From an uncultured Alistipes sp. (GTDB lineage Bacteria; Bacteroidota; Bacteroidia; Bacteroidales; Rikenellaceae): a DNA stretch of 64,000 nucleotides. The notes under the pieces were generated by a model, which was not told the origin of the DNA, did no database searches, and worked only from the letters and a program-made list of their open reading frames with translations. The position numbers and the translations under genes are program-made. The first letter of the stretch is position 1, and every line of letters begins with the position of its first letter. Of this stretch, positions 35,385-46,298 are shown piece after piece. The stretch spans positions 13,743 through 77,742 of the forward strand of contig CAXHRY010000011.1 in assembly GCA_964018965.1 (NCBI GenBank), in the 5' to 3' direction.

Positions 35385-37868
35385 ATGATTTATCCAGCTT
35401 CTTTCGAGCAAAAGATCGGTTTCGACCGGCTTCGCGGCCAGGTCGCGGAGCGTTGTACGATGCGGGCGGCCCGCGAGTTGCTGGCCGGGGAGACCTTCTC
35501 CACCGAGCCGCGGCAGATCGAACGCCGTCTGGCGCTGGCCGACGAGATGCGGCAGTTGCTCGATATGGAACGCGAATTTCCCGGCGGGGAGTACCCCGAT
35601 ACGGAACATATCGTCGCCAAACTGCGTATCGAAGGGACGTTCCTCGATGTGGAGGAGGTCGTTGTGCTGCGCAAGGCGCTGGCTCTCTTGGGCGGCGTGA
35701 CCTTGTTCATCCGCAACCGCGAGTCGCACTATCCGACGTTGTTCGATCTCACGCGCGGCGTAGAGTCCTTCCCCGGGATCGTGCAGCGGATCGACGCATT
35801 GGTCGATACGTTCGGCAACGTGAAGGACAATGCGTCGCCCGAGCTACTGCGCCTGCGTCGTGCTATTCGCGAGCGCGAAGGGCAGGCGGCCAAGCGTCTG
35901 CAAGCGGTTCTTTCGGCGGCCAAGGGCGCCGGGATCGTCGATAGCGATGCGCAGATATCGATCCGCGACGGTCGGGCCGTGATTCCGGTGTCGGCCTCGA
36001 ACAAACGCAAACTCAACGGCTTCATTCATGACGAATCGGCCACGGGAAAGACTTTCTACGTCGAGCCGGTAGAGGTCGTGGAGCTCAACAACGAACTGCG
36101 CGAACTGGAGTATGCCGAACGGCGTGAGATCGTGCGGATACTCTCCGAATTCACCGACGAGATACGTCCCGATGCGGAGCTGATCGCCGCGTCGGGCGAT
36201 TACCTCGCGCGGATCGACCTGCTGCGCGCCAAGGGCCGTTGGGCCTCGGAGAACGGCTGCGTAAGGCCGATCCTCTCGACGGACGACCGCCTGGTGCTCA
36301 AGAATGCGCGCCATCCCTTGTTGCAGCAGACCCTGCGGGCGCAGGGGCGTGAAATCGTGCCGCTCGACCTGCAACTCGACCGCCGCAAACACATCCTCGT
36401 GATTTCGGGACCCAATGCGGGCGGCAAGTCGGTCTGTCTGAAGACGACGGGCATCGTGCAGTACATGTTCCAGTGCGGTTTTCCCGTCCCGGCGTCGGAG
36501 GTCTCGGAGCTGCCCGTGTTCCGCTCGATCTTCATCGATATCGGCGACGAGCAGTCGATCGACAACGACTTGTCGACCTATTCGTCGCATCTGCTGAACA
36601 TGAAACACATGCTCTCCGGGGCTTCGGATCGTACCTTGGTGCTTATCGACGAGTTCGGGTCGGGTACGGAGCCTACGATCGGCGGAGCTATCGCCGAGGC
36701 GATTCTCGAACGGCTCCTGGAGCGGGGGTGCTACGGCGTCATTACGACCCATTACGCCAACATCAAATACTACGCTTCGAACACCGACGGCATCGCCAAT
36801 GGCGCAATGACCTTCGACGTGCAGCGCATCCGGCCGCTGTTCCGTCTGGAGACGGGTAAGCCGGGAAGTTCGTTCGCCGTGGAGATCGCCCGCAAGATCG
36901 GGCTTCCGGAGGAGATCATCCGCACGGCGAGCGACAAGGCAGGCGCGGACCATATCAACATCGAGAAGCAGTTGCGCGAGATCGCGCGCGACAAACACTA
37001 CTGGGAGCAGAAGCGCGACCGCATCCGGGTGACGGACCGCAAGGTCGAGGAGCTGGAGCAGACTTACGCCGCGCAGCTCGAAAAGATTCGTGCCGAGCGG
37101 CAGGAGATTCTGCGCCGCGCCAAGCAGGAGGCGCAGCAGCTCGTCGCCGAGGCCAACCGGCAGATCGAGCAGACGATCCGCACGATCCGCGAGGCGCAGG
37201 CCGAAAAAGAACTGACGCGGCTGGCGCGCCGCGAGCTGGACGAGTTCCGCGAACAGGTGGACAAGGCCGACGATCCGCAGCGCGACGCTGCGGTGGCCCG
37301 CGAAATCGAGCGCATCGAGCGACGTCGGCAACGGCGTGCCGAGCGCAAGGCGCAGCGGGTGGCCGAGCCCGAACAACCGGCCGAGGCGCCCGTCGTGCGC
37401 GAAGTGGAGGCGGGTTCGAAGGTGCGGATGGCCGGGCAGGATATGGTCGGCGTCGTGCAGTCGGTCAAAGGCAAGCGGGCACAGGTAGCCTTCGGGCAGA
37501 TCCTGACGACGGTGGACAAGGCGCTGCTGACCGTGGTGTCGAACAACGAATACCGCGAGGCGACGCGTCCGACGACGGCCCGGACGGTTTATTCGGCCGA
37601 TATCTCGTCGCGCAAGCTCAACTTCCGCGACCATATCGACGTGCGCGGCATGCGGGCCGTCGAGGCGTTGGATGCCGTGCAGCAGTTGGTAGATGACGCG
37701 CTGATGGTGGGTGTGGGCTCGGTGACCATTCTTCACGGAAAGGGCACCGGGGCGCTCAAAGAGGAGATTCGCCGCTACCTGCGGACGGTGCCCGACGTGG
37801 TTTCGGCTACGGACGAACATGCCGATCGCGGCGGTTCGGGCATCACGATCGTGCGCTTCGGGGAGTAG
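35385..37868 (+). CDS. mutS2: Endonuclease MutS2
   Basis: ISGPNAGGKS, DIGDEQSI, IDEFGSGTEP, TTHY, C-terminal Smr ILHGKGTG. Confidence 0.95.
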   Translation: MIYPASFEQKIGFDRLRGQVAERCTMRAARELLAGETFSTEPRQIERRLALADEMRQLLDMEREFPGGEYPDTEHIVAKLRIEGTFLDVEEVVVLRKALALLGGVTLFIRNRESHYPTLFDLTRGVESFPGIVQRIDALVDTFGNVKDNASPELLRLRRAIREREGQAAKRLQAVLSAAKGAGIVDSDAQISIRDGRAVIPVSASNKRKLNGFIHDESATGKTFYVEPVEVVELNNELRELEYAERREIVRILSEFTDEIRPDAELIAASGDYLARIDLLRAKGRWASENGCVRPILSTDDRLVLKNARHPLLQQTLRAQGREIVPLDLQLDRRKHILVISGPNAGGKSVCLKTTGIVQYMFQCGFPVPASEVSELPVFRSIFIDIGDEQSIDNDLSTYSSHLLNMKHMLSGASDRTLVLIDEFGSGTEPTIGGAIAEAILERLLERGCYGVITTHYANIKYYASNTDGIANGAMTFDVQRIRPLFRLETGKPGSSFAVEIARKIGLPEEIIRTASDKAGADHINIEKQLREIARDKHYWEQKRDRIRVTDRKVEELEQTYAAQLEKIRAERQEILRRAKQEAQQLVAEANRQIEQTIRTIREAQAEKELTRLARRELDEFREQVDKADDPQRDAAVAREIERIERRRQRRAERKAQRVAEPEQPAEAPVVREVEAGSKVRMAGQDMVGVVQSVKGKRAQVAFGQILTTVDKALLTVVSNNEYREATRPTTARTVYSADISSRKLNFRDHIDVRGMRAVEALDAVQQLVDDALMVGVGSVTILHGKGTGALKEEIRRYLRTVPDVVSATDEHADRGGSGITIVRFGE

Positions 37869-37955
37869 GCCGGGGCGAGGCGAAGGGTGAAAGAAGCCTT
37901 TCGACAGGTCGTTGGGGCGACGAGGAATAAGGGGTGAACGGCGGGTAAGCTGCCT

Positions 37956-38020
37956 GTGAAGCGGGCCTCCGTCGCCGCAGGCTGCGGCCCGTGCAGTTCG
38001 GAGAGCCGCAGCCTGCGGAA
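37956..38020 (+). repeat. Dispersed intergenic hairpin repeat, copy 1
   Basis: Similar to 40601-40668 (-) and 43403-43457 (+). Confidence 0.55.
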
Positions 38021-38189
38021 ACAAACGTACTTAAGCCCCTGCCTCGGGAGGGAGTCGGAATTGTAAACGCGGCCAAAGACCACAAGCATGCGATCGTCCT
38101 GAACGAATCTCCAGGTAAGAAACTAACACGGTGTAAGGTTTACATAATTGCCTAAAATATAATCTATTCCGTTCTGATAGAAATCGATC

Positions 38190-40556
38190 ATGAAATACCT
38201 CCTTTCCCGAATCGCTGCGATTTGCGGCGGAATATTTTTCGGATGCGACCGGACGGTGGAGTCGGTGGTGACCGACAGCCGTTCGCTGACCTCTTCCGGT
38301 GCTAGCCCTTTGTTCGTGGCGATGTGCGGTGCGAACCACGATTCGCACGACTATATCGACGAAATGCGAAGTCGCGGCGTCGCGGCCTTCCTGGTCGAAC
38401 GCGATGTCGAGGCGGCGCCCGGATGCGGATACGTGCGGGTCGAGCATGCCATCGAGGCGTTGCAGTGTCTGGCGGCGTTCCATCGGACGCATTTTCGCGG
38501 TACGGTGGTCGGCATCACGGGGTCGAACGGTAAAACCGTCGTCAAAGAGTGGATCGCCGAGGAACTGCCTGCGGGGATGAAGTTTTTCCGCTCGCCGAAA
38601 AGCTATAATTCGCAGCTGGGAGTGCCGCTCTCGGTGTTGATGCTCGAAGGCGACGAGCATTTGGCGATCTTCGAAGCCGGGATCTCGAAGCCCGGCGAGA
38701 TGGAGCGGCTGGAGCGGATATTGCGTCCCGATGCGGTGGTTTTTACTTCGATCGGCGATGCGCATCAGGAAAATTTCGCCACGCTCGAACAGAAATGCGA
38801 CGAGAAGGCTGTGCTGGCCCGCAGCGCCCGCACGATCGTCTACCACAGTTTCTACGAGCCGCTCGGGGGGACGATCGCCCGGCGTTATGCCGACCGGAGG
38901 TTGTTCGATGCCGCGACGATGCCCGAACCCTCGGCTGAAGTCGCGGGCAATGCGGCATGGCGGCGCAATGCGCAGCTTGTCGAGGCGTTTTGCGCCGCGA
39001 TGGATTTCCCGCAGCCGTCGTTCACGGCGGCTCCGACGCTGCCCATGCGACTCGAGGTCCGCGACGGAATCAACGATTCGCTGCTTGTCAACGATGCTTA
39101 TAACCTCGATCTGAATTCGTTGGCCCTGGCGCTCGACTACCTGCACGGCGTAGCGATGGGGCGCCGTCGGACGCTGGTGCTTTCGGACATTGCGCAGAGC
39201 GGTCTTTCGGACGACGAGCTCTATGCCCGCGTTGCGGCGATGGTCTCGCGGGCGGGAATCGACTCTCTGGTGGGTATCGGTCCCGGCATCCGACGCCATT
39301 CGGCGCTTTTCGCCTGCGAGACGGAGTGGTATGCCTCGACCGACGAGTGCATCGCGCGGCTGAGCCGTCGGGTCGTCGCGGGGTGCGCCGTGCTGCTCAA
39401 AGGAGCGCGGAGCTACCGTTTCGAGAAGCTGGCCCACGCCCTCGCTCGCAAGAGCCACACGACGGCGTTGGAGATCGATCTCGATGCGATGATACACAAT
39501 CTCAATCGTTTCCGGGCGCGGTTGCGTCCCGGAACGCGGCTCGTGGCGATGGTCAAGGCGGCATCGTACGGCGCCGGGGATTTCGAGGTGGCGCAGATGC
39601 TTCAGCATCAGGGTGTCGATTACCTGGCTGTGGCATTCGCCGACGAAGGGGTGCTGCTGCGCGAGCGGGGAATTACGATGCCGATCGTGGTGCTGAATGC
39701 CGATGCCGACAGTTTCGAACAGATGGTCGCCTATCGGTTGGAGCCCGAGATATACGGATTCCGTTCGCTGGAGGATTTCGCCGCGGCGGTCGGTCGTGCC
39801 GGAGAAAACGCCTATCCGATTCATCTGAAACTCGATACGGGTATGCACCGGCTGGGATTCGTGGAGGAGGAGATCGGGCGCCTGTGCGAGGTTCTGCCTG
39901 CTTATCCGCAGCTGCGGGTGGCGACGATCTTTTCGCACCTCAATTGTGCCGATATGCCCGAGGAGGACGATTATACGCGGGCGCAGATCGCCCGTTACGA
40001 CCGGATGAGTACGGCCGTCGCCGCATCGCTCGGATATCCGGTTATCCGCCATACGGCCAATTCTGCGGCGATAGACCGCTTCCCCGAGGCGCAATTCGAT
40101 ATGTGCCGCCTGGGGCTGGGCCTCTACGGCTTCGGGTGGCGGCACGACGAGACGCTGCGGCCCGTGGCGACGCTCCGCACGCGCATCGTGCAGATCAAGC
40201 ACCTCGCGGCAGGCGAGGCGGTCGGTTACGGCCGTGCGGGAAAACTCCTGCGCGACAGCGTGACGGCAACCATTCCCGTGGGTTATGCCGACGGGTTGGA
40301 TCGCCACCTGGGATGCGGCCGCTGGTCGGTGCGGGTGAAGGGTGCCGCAGCGCCGATCGTGGGGCGTATCTGCATGGACAGTTGCATGATCGATATCACG
40401 GGCATCGACGGCGTATGCGAAGGCGACGAGGTGACGATCTTCTCGCCCGAGCCGGGAAACGACGCCGAGGCGATGGCCGAGGTCCTCGGGACGATACCTT
40501 ACGAGGTGTTGACTTCGGTGTCGGGTCGGGTGAAGCGGATTTACGTGCGGGGGTGA
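38190..40556 (+). CDS. alr: Bifunctional MurF-like ligase/alanine racemase
   Basis: GITGSNGKT, NDAYN, MVKAASYG, HLKLDTGMHRLGF, GYADG, GRICMD, TIPYE. Confidence 0.95.
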   Translation: MKYLLSRIAAICGGIFFGCDRTVESVVTDSRSLTSSGASPLFVAMCGANHDSHDYIDEMRSRGVAAFLVERDVEAAPGCGYVRVEHAIEALQCLAAFHRTHFRGTVVGITGSNGKTVVKEWIAEELPAGMKFFRSPKSYNSQLGVPLSVLMLEGDEHLAIFEAGISKPGEMERLERILRPDAVVFTSIGDAHQENFATLEQKCDEKAVLARSARTIVYHSFYEPLGGTIARRYADRRLFDAATMPEPSAEVAGNAAWRRNAQLVEAFCAAMDFPQPSFTAAPTLPMRLEVRDGINDSLLVNDAYNLDLNSLALALDYLHGVAMGRRRTLVLSDIAQSGLSDDELYARVAAMVSRAGIDSLVGIGPGIRRHSALFACETEWYASTDECIARLSRRVVAGCAVLLKGARSYRFEKLAHALARKSHTTALEIDLDAMIHNLNRFRARLRPGTRLVAMVKAASYGAGDFEVAQMLQHQGVDYLAVAFADEGVLLRERGITMPIVVLNADADSFEQMVAYRLEPEIYGFRSLEDFAAAVGRAGENAYPIHLKLDTGMHRLGFVEEEIGRLCEVLPAYPQLRVATIFSHLNCADMPEEDDYTRAQIARYDRMSTAVAASLGYPVIRHTANSAAIDRFPEAQFDMCRLGLGLYGFGWRHDETLRPVATLRTRIVQIKHLAAGEAVGYGRAGKLLRDSVTATIPVGYADGLDRHLGCGRWSVRVKGAAAPIVGRICMDSCMIDITGIDGVCEGDEVTIFSPEPGNDAEAMAEVLGTIPYEVLTSVSGRVKRIYVRG

Positions 40557-40600
40557 GAGGTAATTAAGAATGACCTGGGTAAGGACGGGGAACTGACTTC

Positions 40601-40668
40601 GCCGTCTGCAAAATGCGGCTCTTTGAGCCGCGCGAGCCGTAGCCTCCGACGGCGGAGGTTCGCTTTAC
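40601..40668 (-). repeat. Dispersed intergenic hairpin repeat, copy 2
   Basis: Reverse complement cgccgtcggaggctacggctcgcgcggctcaaagagccgcattttgcagacggc matches the 43403 copy. Confidence 0.65.
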
Positions 40669-40768
40669 TCGCCAGGCTACGGCTCGCAAACCCGCAGGAT
40701 AAAAGATGAAGGCTCAACCTTGCTCGGCTAAAAGCTGCAATTTGCCGAATACTAATAGCTTTTAACAT

Positions 40769-41488
40769 ATGAACGCTACATACGGAACTTTATACCTGAT
40801 CCCTTGTCCGATTTCGGACCGCACGCAGCCTTGGGACGTGCTGCCGGTCGCGAATCGGGCCGTGATGGATGCCCTGGACTATTTCATCGTCGAAAATACC
40901 CGCTCGGCGCGGCGGTTTCTCTCCAAGGCGGGGATCGCCCGGCCGATCGATGAGCTGGAATTCCGCGAACTGAACGAACATACCGTGGCGGGACGCGAGG
41001 TCGAAGAACTGGTGCGGCCCCTGCTCGCAGGGCGTTCGGCCGGGGTGATCTCCGAGGCCGGGGTTCCGGGCGTCGCCGATCCAGGGGCGCTCGTCGTCGA
41101 GGCGTGTCACCGGCACGGGGTCCGCGTGGTGCCGCTCGTGGGGCCTTCGTCGATCCTGTTGTCGCTTATGGCTTCGGGACTCAATGGACAGTCGTTCGCT
41201 TTCAACGGCTATTTGCCTGTCAAACCCGCCGAACGTGCTCAGGCGATCCGCCGCTTCGAGCGACGCGCCCGCAGCGAAGGGCAACCGCAGCTCTTCATCG
41301 AAGCACCCTATCGCAATGCGAAACTTTGGGAACAGATGCTTCAGATCCTCGCTCCCGAGACACGGTTGACGATCGCCGTGGAGATTACGGCACCCGACGA
41401 GCGGATCGAGACCCGCACGGTGGGGGAGTGGCGCAAGCGGCCGATACCCGAGATCAACAAACGACCGGCGATTTTCATCCTCGGATAG
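40769..41488 (+). CDS. RsmI-like SAM-dependent methyltransferase (tetrapyrrole methylase family)
   Basis: LYLIP, SEAGVPGVADPG, PLVGPSS, SGLNGQSFAFNGYLP, FIEAPYRN. Confidence 0.9.
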   Translation: MNATYGTLYLIPCPISDRTQPWDVLPVANRAVMDALDYFIVENTRSARRFLSKAGIARPIDELEFRELNEHTVAGREVEELVRPLLAGRSAGVISEAGVPGVADPGALVVEACHRHGVRVVPLVGPSSILLSLMASGLNGQSFAFNGYLPVKPAERAQAIRRFERRARSEGQPQLFIEAPYRNAKLWEQMLQILAPETRLTIAVEITAPDERIETRTVGEWRKRPIPEINKRPAIFILG

Positions 41489-41542
41489 GGTTGGTATACA
41501 ATTTGATCGAATATAGGGTAGAAACACCGAAAAGTACGATAT

Positions 41543-42130
41543 ATGGAGAAGGAAGAAGCTTATAACGAGCCGATTACCGATCGCGAAAATCCTGCCGCAG
41601 GCGAGGGTTGCCCTGCGGACGGCGATGCGGCGCATGACAATATGGCAGACGATTCGGCAGATGCTGCTGACACCGTGGCAGATGCCGCACAGTCCGATCC
41701 GGCTGCGGCCGTAGCCGAATGGCAGGACAAATTCCTGCGTTTGCAGGCCGAGTTCGACAACTATCGCAAACGCACGCTCAAGGAGAAGATGGAGCTGGTC
41801 GCTACGGGCGGCCGCGACGTGCTGCTGGAGATGCTTCCCGTGCGCGACGACGTGCAGCGCGCCGTCGCCGCGATGGAGAAGAGCGACGACGTGGAGGCTC
41901 TGCGGGCCGGCGTGACGCTTATCGCTCAGAAATTCAACGAGGCACTGCGCCGCAAGGGCGTAACCGAGATCGAGTGCCGCGACAAGGAGTTCGATGCCGA
42001 CCTGTGCGAAGCTGTGGCGAAGTTCGCAGCCGGGGAGGACAAGAAAGGAAAGGTGATCGACGTCGTACAGACGGGTTACATGTTGGGCGAACGCGTATTG
42101 CGGTTCGCCAAAGTAGTTGTGGGAGAATAG
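41543..42130 (+). CDS. grpE: Nucleotide exchange factor GrpE
   Basis: [29 protein letters not shown]. Confidence 0.96.
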   Translation: MEKEEAYNEPITDRENPAAGEGCPADGDAAHDNMADDSADAADTVADAAQSDPAAAVAEWQDKFLRLQAEFDNYRKRTLKEKMELVATGGRDVLLEMLPVRDDVQRAVAAMEKSDDVEALRAGVTLIAQKFNEALRRKGVTEIECRDKEFDADLCEAVAKFAAGEDKKGKVIDVVQTGYMLGERVLRFAKVVVGE

Positions 42131-42134
42131 GGCC

Positions 42135-43292
42135 ATGGCAGAGAAAAGGGACTACTACGAAGTGTTGGGCGTCCAGAAAAACGCTAATGCCGACGAAATA
42201 AAGAAGGCCTACCGCAAGGCGGCCATCAAGTATCACCCGGATAAGAATCCCGGGGACAAGGAGGCCGAGGAGAAGTTCAAGGAGGCTGCCGAAGCTTACG
42301 ACGTGCTCTCGAACCCCGACAAGCGTGCCCGTTACGATCAGTTCGGACATGCGGGTATGAGCGGTGCCGCTGGCGGAGGCGGAGCCTATGGCGGATTCGG
42401 CGGCGGATTCTCGATGGAGGATATCTTCTCGCAGTTCGGCGATATCTTCGGAGGCCATTTCGGCGGAGGGTTCCGTTCGTCGGGTGGCGGCCAGCGCGTC
42501 AACCGCGGTTCGGACATCCGCGTGAAGGTGCGGCTGACCCTTTCGGAGATCGCTGACGGCGTGACCAAGAAGCTCAAGATCAACAAAACCGTGGCATGCG
42601 ACCAGTGCGGCGGTACGGGCGCCAAGGACGCGAATTCCTACACGACCTGCCAGACCTGCAACGGTGCGGGATACGTCACGCGCGTGGAGAATACTTTCTT
42701 CGGACGGATGCAGACGCAGGGTGTCTGTCCGACGTGCAACGGTACGGGTAAAGTGATCTCGTCGCCGTGCGACAAGTGCCACGGCGAAGGTACCTTACGG
42801 GGACAGGAGGTCGTCGAAATCCGGATTCCGGCCGGCGTGGGCGAGGGCATGGCCCTCACGGTCTCGGGCAAGGGCAATGCCGCACGACACGGAGGTGTGA
42901 ACGGCGATCTGCTGGTGATGATCGAGGAGGAGCCTAACGAAGAACTCGTACGCGACGGAAACGACTTGATTCACAATCTCAATATCACGGTGACGACGGC
43001 GCTGCTGGGCGGTACGGTTGAGGTGCCGACCGTCGACGGTCGTGCCAAGATCAAGATCGCGCCGGGAACCCACGCCGGAAAAGTGTTGCGTCTGGGCGGC
43101 AAAGGATTGCCCGATGTCAACGGATACGGTCGCGGCGACGAACTGCTGGTGGTCGATATCACTATCCCCTCGAAGCTCAATGCCGAGGAGAGACGCTTGG
43201 TGGAGAAGCTGGCCGAATTGCCCGATTTTCAGCGGGCCGAATCGGTGAAGAACCAGAATATCTTCGAGCGGATGAAGAATTTCTTCCGTTGA
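42135..43292 (+). CDS. dnaJ: Chaperone DnaJ
   Basis: HPD J-domain, G/F region, four CxxCxGxG repeats. Confidence 0.97.
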   Translation: MAEKRDYYEVLGVQKNANADEIKKAYRKAAIKYHPDKNPGDKEAEEKFKEAAEAYDVLSNPDKRARYDQFGHAGMSGAAGGGGAYGGFGGGFSMEDIFSQFGDIFGGHFGGGFRSSGGGQRVNRGSDIRVKVRLTLSEIADGVTKKLKINKTVACDQCGGTGAKDANSYTTCQTCNGAGYVTRVENTFFGRMQTQGVCPTCNGTGKVISSPCDKCHGEGTLRGQEVVEIRIPAGVGEGMALTVSGKGNAARHGGVNGDLLVMIEEEPNEELVRDGNDLIHNLNITVTTALLGGTVEVPTVDGRAKIKIAPGTHAGKVLRLGGKGLPDVNGYGRGDELLVVDITIPSKLNAEERRLVEKLAELPDFQRAESVKNQNIFERMKNFFR

Positions 43293-43402
43293 TCGGGCCT
43301 CGCAGCAGGGCGGATTGTCGGTAACACGAGAAAGGCGCGAAGTCGAAAGTATACGATGAGACTTCCGCCCTTTTTCGGTGGAAGACTGTCGCGGGTGCGG
43401 TT

Positions 43403-43457
43403 CGCCGCCGGAGGCTGCGGCCCGCGCGATCCTAAAGGATCGCAGTTTGCAGACGGC
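43403..43457 (+). repeat. Dispersed intergenic hairpin repeat, copy 3
   Basis: cgccgccggaggctgcggcccgcgcgatcctaaaggatcgcagtttgcagacggc. Confidence 0.65.
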
Positions 43458-43599
43458 AAGGTCGATCACAAAACCCGGCTAAGAGCTGGGTGTACTTTTT
43501 GCGGTCAAAAAGTACAAATCGGAACTTGCGACGAAAATTCCGTGAGGATACAATATTTTGCGACGAAATTCGTACCTTTACGAAAAAAACGGGACGATC

Positions 43600-43998
43600 A
43601 TGAAAATATTCAGTCCATATAAGAAACACGCGAATCGTTTCAATTATATTCCGCGTTATTTCGATCCTGCGAAGGAGGCCCGCGAGCAGCGGCGCGCCGA
43701 GCTGCACGGCGAGCGTTCGGAGGATGCGGGTCGCGAATACACCCCCGGACAGTATATCCGTACGCAGCGCGACGCCCGTGCGGCCCGGCGTGCGGGACAG
43801 GAGGATGGCGGACGTTCGAATATCCTGAAAATGGTCGCTATAGCGGCGTTGGTCATGCTGTTCGTGAGTATGCTCTATCCGCGGCTGGCCGATGTCTTCA
43901 TGCGTATGTCGACCCCCGGAGCCCGGAAAACCCAGGTCGTCGAGGAGTTCGACTCGTCGCTGCCTATCACTGTCGTTCCGAACGATTACCAGGAATAA
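43600..43998 (+). CDS. Small membrane protein upstream of mutL
   Basis: RFNYIPRYFDP motif and one TM helix. Confidence 0.75.
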   Translation: MKIFSPYKKHANRFNYIPRYFDPAKEAREQRRAELHGERSEDAGREYTPGQYIRTQRDARAARRAGQEDGGRSNILKMVAIAALVMLFVSMLYPRLADVFMRMSTPGARKTQVVEEFDSSLPITVVPNDYQE

Positions 43999-46158
43999 AT
44001 GGCCGATAAAATCAGACTTTTACCCGAGATCGTCGCCAATCAGATCGCTGCGGGAGAGGTGGTCAACCGTCCCGCTTCGGTCGTGAAGGAGATGATGGAG
44101 AATGCCATCGATGCCGGAGCACGTACTGTGAAGGTCAACTTCCGCGATGGCGGCAAAGACCTCATTCAGATCGTCGACGACGGTTGCGGCATGTCGCCCA
44201 TCGATGCGCGGATGGCTTTCGACCGACATGCTACGAGCAAGATCCGTTCCGTAGAGGATATCTATGCGCTCCACACGTTCGGATTTCGCGGTGAAGCTCT
44301 CGCGTCGATCGCCGCCGTCGCACAGGTCGAACTGCGCACGCGCCAGGCGGATGACGAAATGGGAACCGTTACGGAAATCAACGGAGGGCAGTTCGCTGCG
44401 CAGCATCCGGTGATGTGTCCCGTAGGTTCGCAATTCTTCGTGCGCAATCTGTTCTTCAACGTTCCGGCGCGGCGTCGCTTTTTGGACAAGAGCACCACCA
44501 CGGCATCGCAGATCAAGGCGGAGTTCCAGCGTGTCGCGCTGTGCAATCCTCAGATCGGTTTCGAACTTTACTCGAACGACGCACCGCTCTATTCGCTCGG
44601 AGCCACGTCGCTCGCCGGGCGCATCGTCGACGTGGTGGGACGTCATATCAAACAGAATTTGCTGGAGGTCTCGGCCGATACTTCGATCGCCAAGCTCGAA
44701 GGATACATCGGGCGTCCTGCCGCAGCCAAACGCCGCAATGCGGAGCAATATTTGTTCGTCAACGGACGCTATTTCAAGAGTTCCTACCTGGGGAGTGCCG
44801 TGGCGAAGGCCTACGAAAAGTTGATCCCGCAGAACGCTCAGCCTTCCTATTTTCTCTACCTGACGATCGATCCGGGTCGTATCGACGTGAATGTCCACCC
44901 CCAGAAAACCGAGGTGAAGTTCGCCGACGAGGAGGCCGTTTGGCAGATCGTCCATGCCGCCATGCGCGAGACGCTGGCCAAGACGGGTGCCGTGCCGCTG
45001 ATGGATTTCGACCGCGAAGATACGGTGGAGATTCCCGTCATGCAGCGCGGTGCGGTCTACAGCGAGCCGCTGGCGATGTCGAACAGCGACTACAACCCTT
45101 TCCGCGAAGAGTATATCGATCCGACGGCACCCGATCCGAATGTCGATTTCACAGGCTTCGACGTGCCTTACGGCGACGGAGCCCGTACCGTGTCGGACGC
45201 ATCTTCGGGCGGATTCCGGTCGGGCGGCGATGCGTCGCGCGGTGGCCGTTCGCGTGGCGCGGGATTCGGCGGGGTTGTCTCGCCCGGGGGAGGGGAGGAG
45301 TTCGAGGAGTTCGAATCCGGAGCCGGACTCGGTGCCGAATTGGCTTCGGGCGCGGGATTCGATGCTGCGGAGATCGAAGATTTTCCTTCGATCGCATTCG
45401 TCGGTAATCCGGTGGAAGTGCCGACCGAACCTTCGAAGTTCGAGTTTCGCGAATCGGAAGCCGTTGCGGCGCCCCGATCGGACGTTCGGAGCTCCTGGAT
45501 GGATGCCGCCGGCGATTGCGGCGAGAGCACGCTCGAATTCATCGCTTCGCAGAGCGAAGCAGAACAGCAGCGTTTCGAGCTGGAGGAACAGCCGCAATTC
45601 ACGCAGGCGTTGCCTTCCGTCGGCGGCTATGTCGTGGCGTCGATGAGCGGGCGGTTGGTCGTCGTGGACGTGCGACGGGCTCGCGAACGCGTCCTTTACG
45701 AGGAGTATCTGCGCACGCTCGGCACGGGTGCCGCCGTGTGCCAGCAACTGCTGTTCGCCGAACGGCTGGTGCTGTCAGACGACGAATACGCCTTGCTGGA
45801 GGAGAATGCCGTGGAGCTCGCGGCACTGGGCTTCGACGTGGATTTCTGCGGCGAAGGTGCCGTCGAGGTAAAGGGTACGCCGGCCGATCTTCCGGCCGAC
45901 TCGGTGGATCGGATGCTCTACGATCTGTTGCAGGCCTTCTCGACGCCGCTGTCGCTCGGCGAGGTGCGGCGCGAACGGATCGCAGCCACGATGGCGCGCG
46001 GTGCGGCGAAGGGGGCGTCCCGTTCGCTGACGCATGCGGAGGCCGATGCGTTGCTCGACCGACTGGCTCGGAGCGGCAACGTGAGTTTCTCGCCCTCGGG
46101 AAAACCGATTCTTGCCGAATTCACGGTCGAGGAATTGCGGGCGAAGTTCGACGCCTGA
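43999..46158 (+). CDS. mutL: DNA mismatch repair endonuclease MutL
   Basis: ANQIAAGEVV, ENAIDAGA, HATSKI, GFRGEAL, DVNVHP.K.EV. Confidence 0.96.
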   Translation: MADKIRLLPEIVANQIAAGEVVNRPASVVKEMMENAIDAGARTVKVNFRDGGKDLIQIVDDGCGMSPIDARMAFDRHATSKIRSVEDIYALHTFGFRGEALASIAAVAQVELRTRQADDEMGTVTEINGGQFAAQHPVMCPVGSQFFVRNLFFNVPARRRFLDKSTTTASQIKAEFQRVALCNPQIGFELYSNDAPLYSLGATSLAGRIVDVVGRHIKQNLLEVSADTSIAKLEGYIGRPAAAKRRNAEQYLFVNGRYFKSSYLGSAVAKAYEKLIPQNAQPSYFLYLTIDPGRIDVNVHPQKTEVKFADEEAVWQIVHAAMRETLAKTGAVPLMDFDREDTVEIPVMQRGAVYSEPLAMSNSDYNPFREEYIDPTAPDPNVDFTGFDVPYGDGARTVSDASSGGFRSGGDASRGGRSRGAGFGGVVSPGGGEEFEEFESGAGLGAELASGAGFDAAEIEDFPSIAFVGNPVEVPTEPSKFEFRESEAVAAPRSDVRSSWMDAAGDCGESTLEFIASQSEAEQQRFELEEQPQFTQALPSVGGYVVASMSGRLVVVDVRRARERVLYEEYLRTLGTGAAVCQQLLFAERLVLSDDEYALLEENAVELAALGFDVDFCGEGAVEVKGTPADLPADSVDRMLYDLLQAFSTPLSLGEVRRERIAATMARGAAKGASRSLTHAEADALLDRLARSGNVSFSPSGKPILAEFTVEELRAKFDA

Positions 46159-46298
46159 GGGGCCTCGGAGACGGATAAACAGACCGTCGGATGCCCCTCG
46201 GGGACCGACGGAAAAAACATACGGGACCTGGCGCCGCATGTCGTTTCGTTTTTGCGAGGCGGAGGACCGGCAGCCCGGCGGGAAATACGGAAAACAAA

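Noticed and set aside
45160-45560. Long Gly/acidic stretch in MutL
   Set aside because: Falls in the naturally variable linker between the ATPase and C-terminal domains
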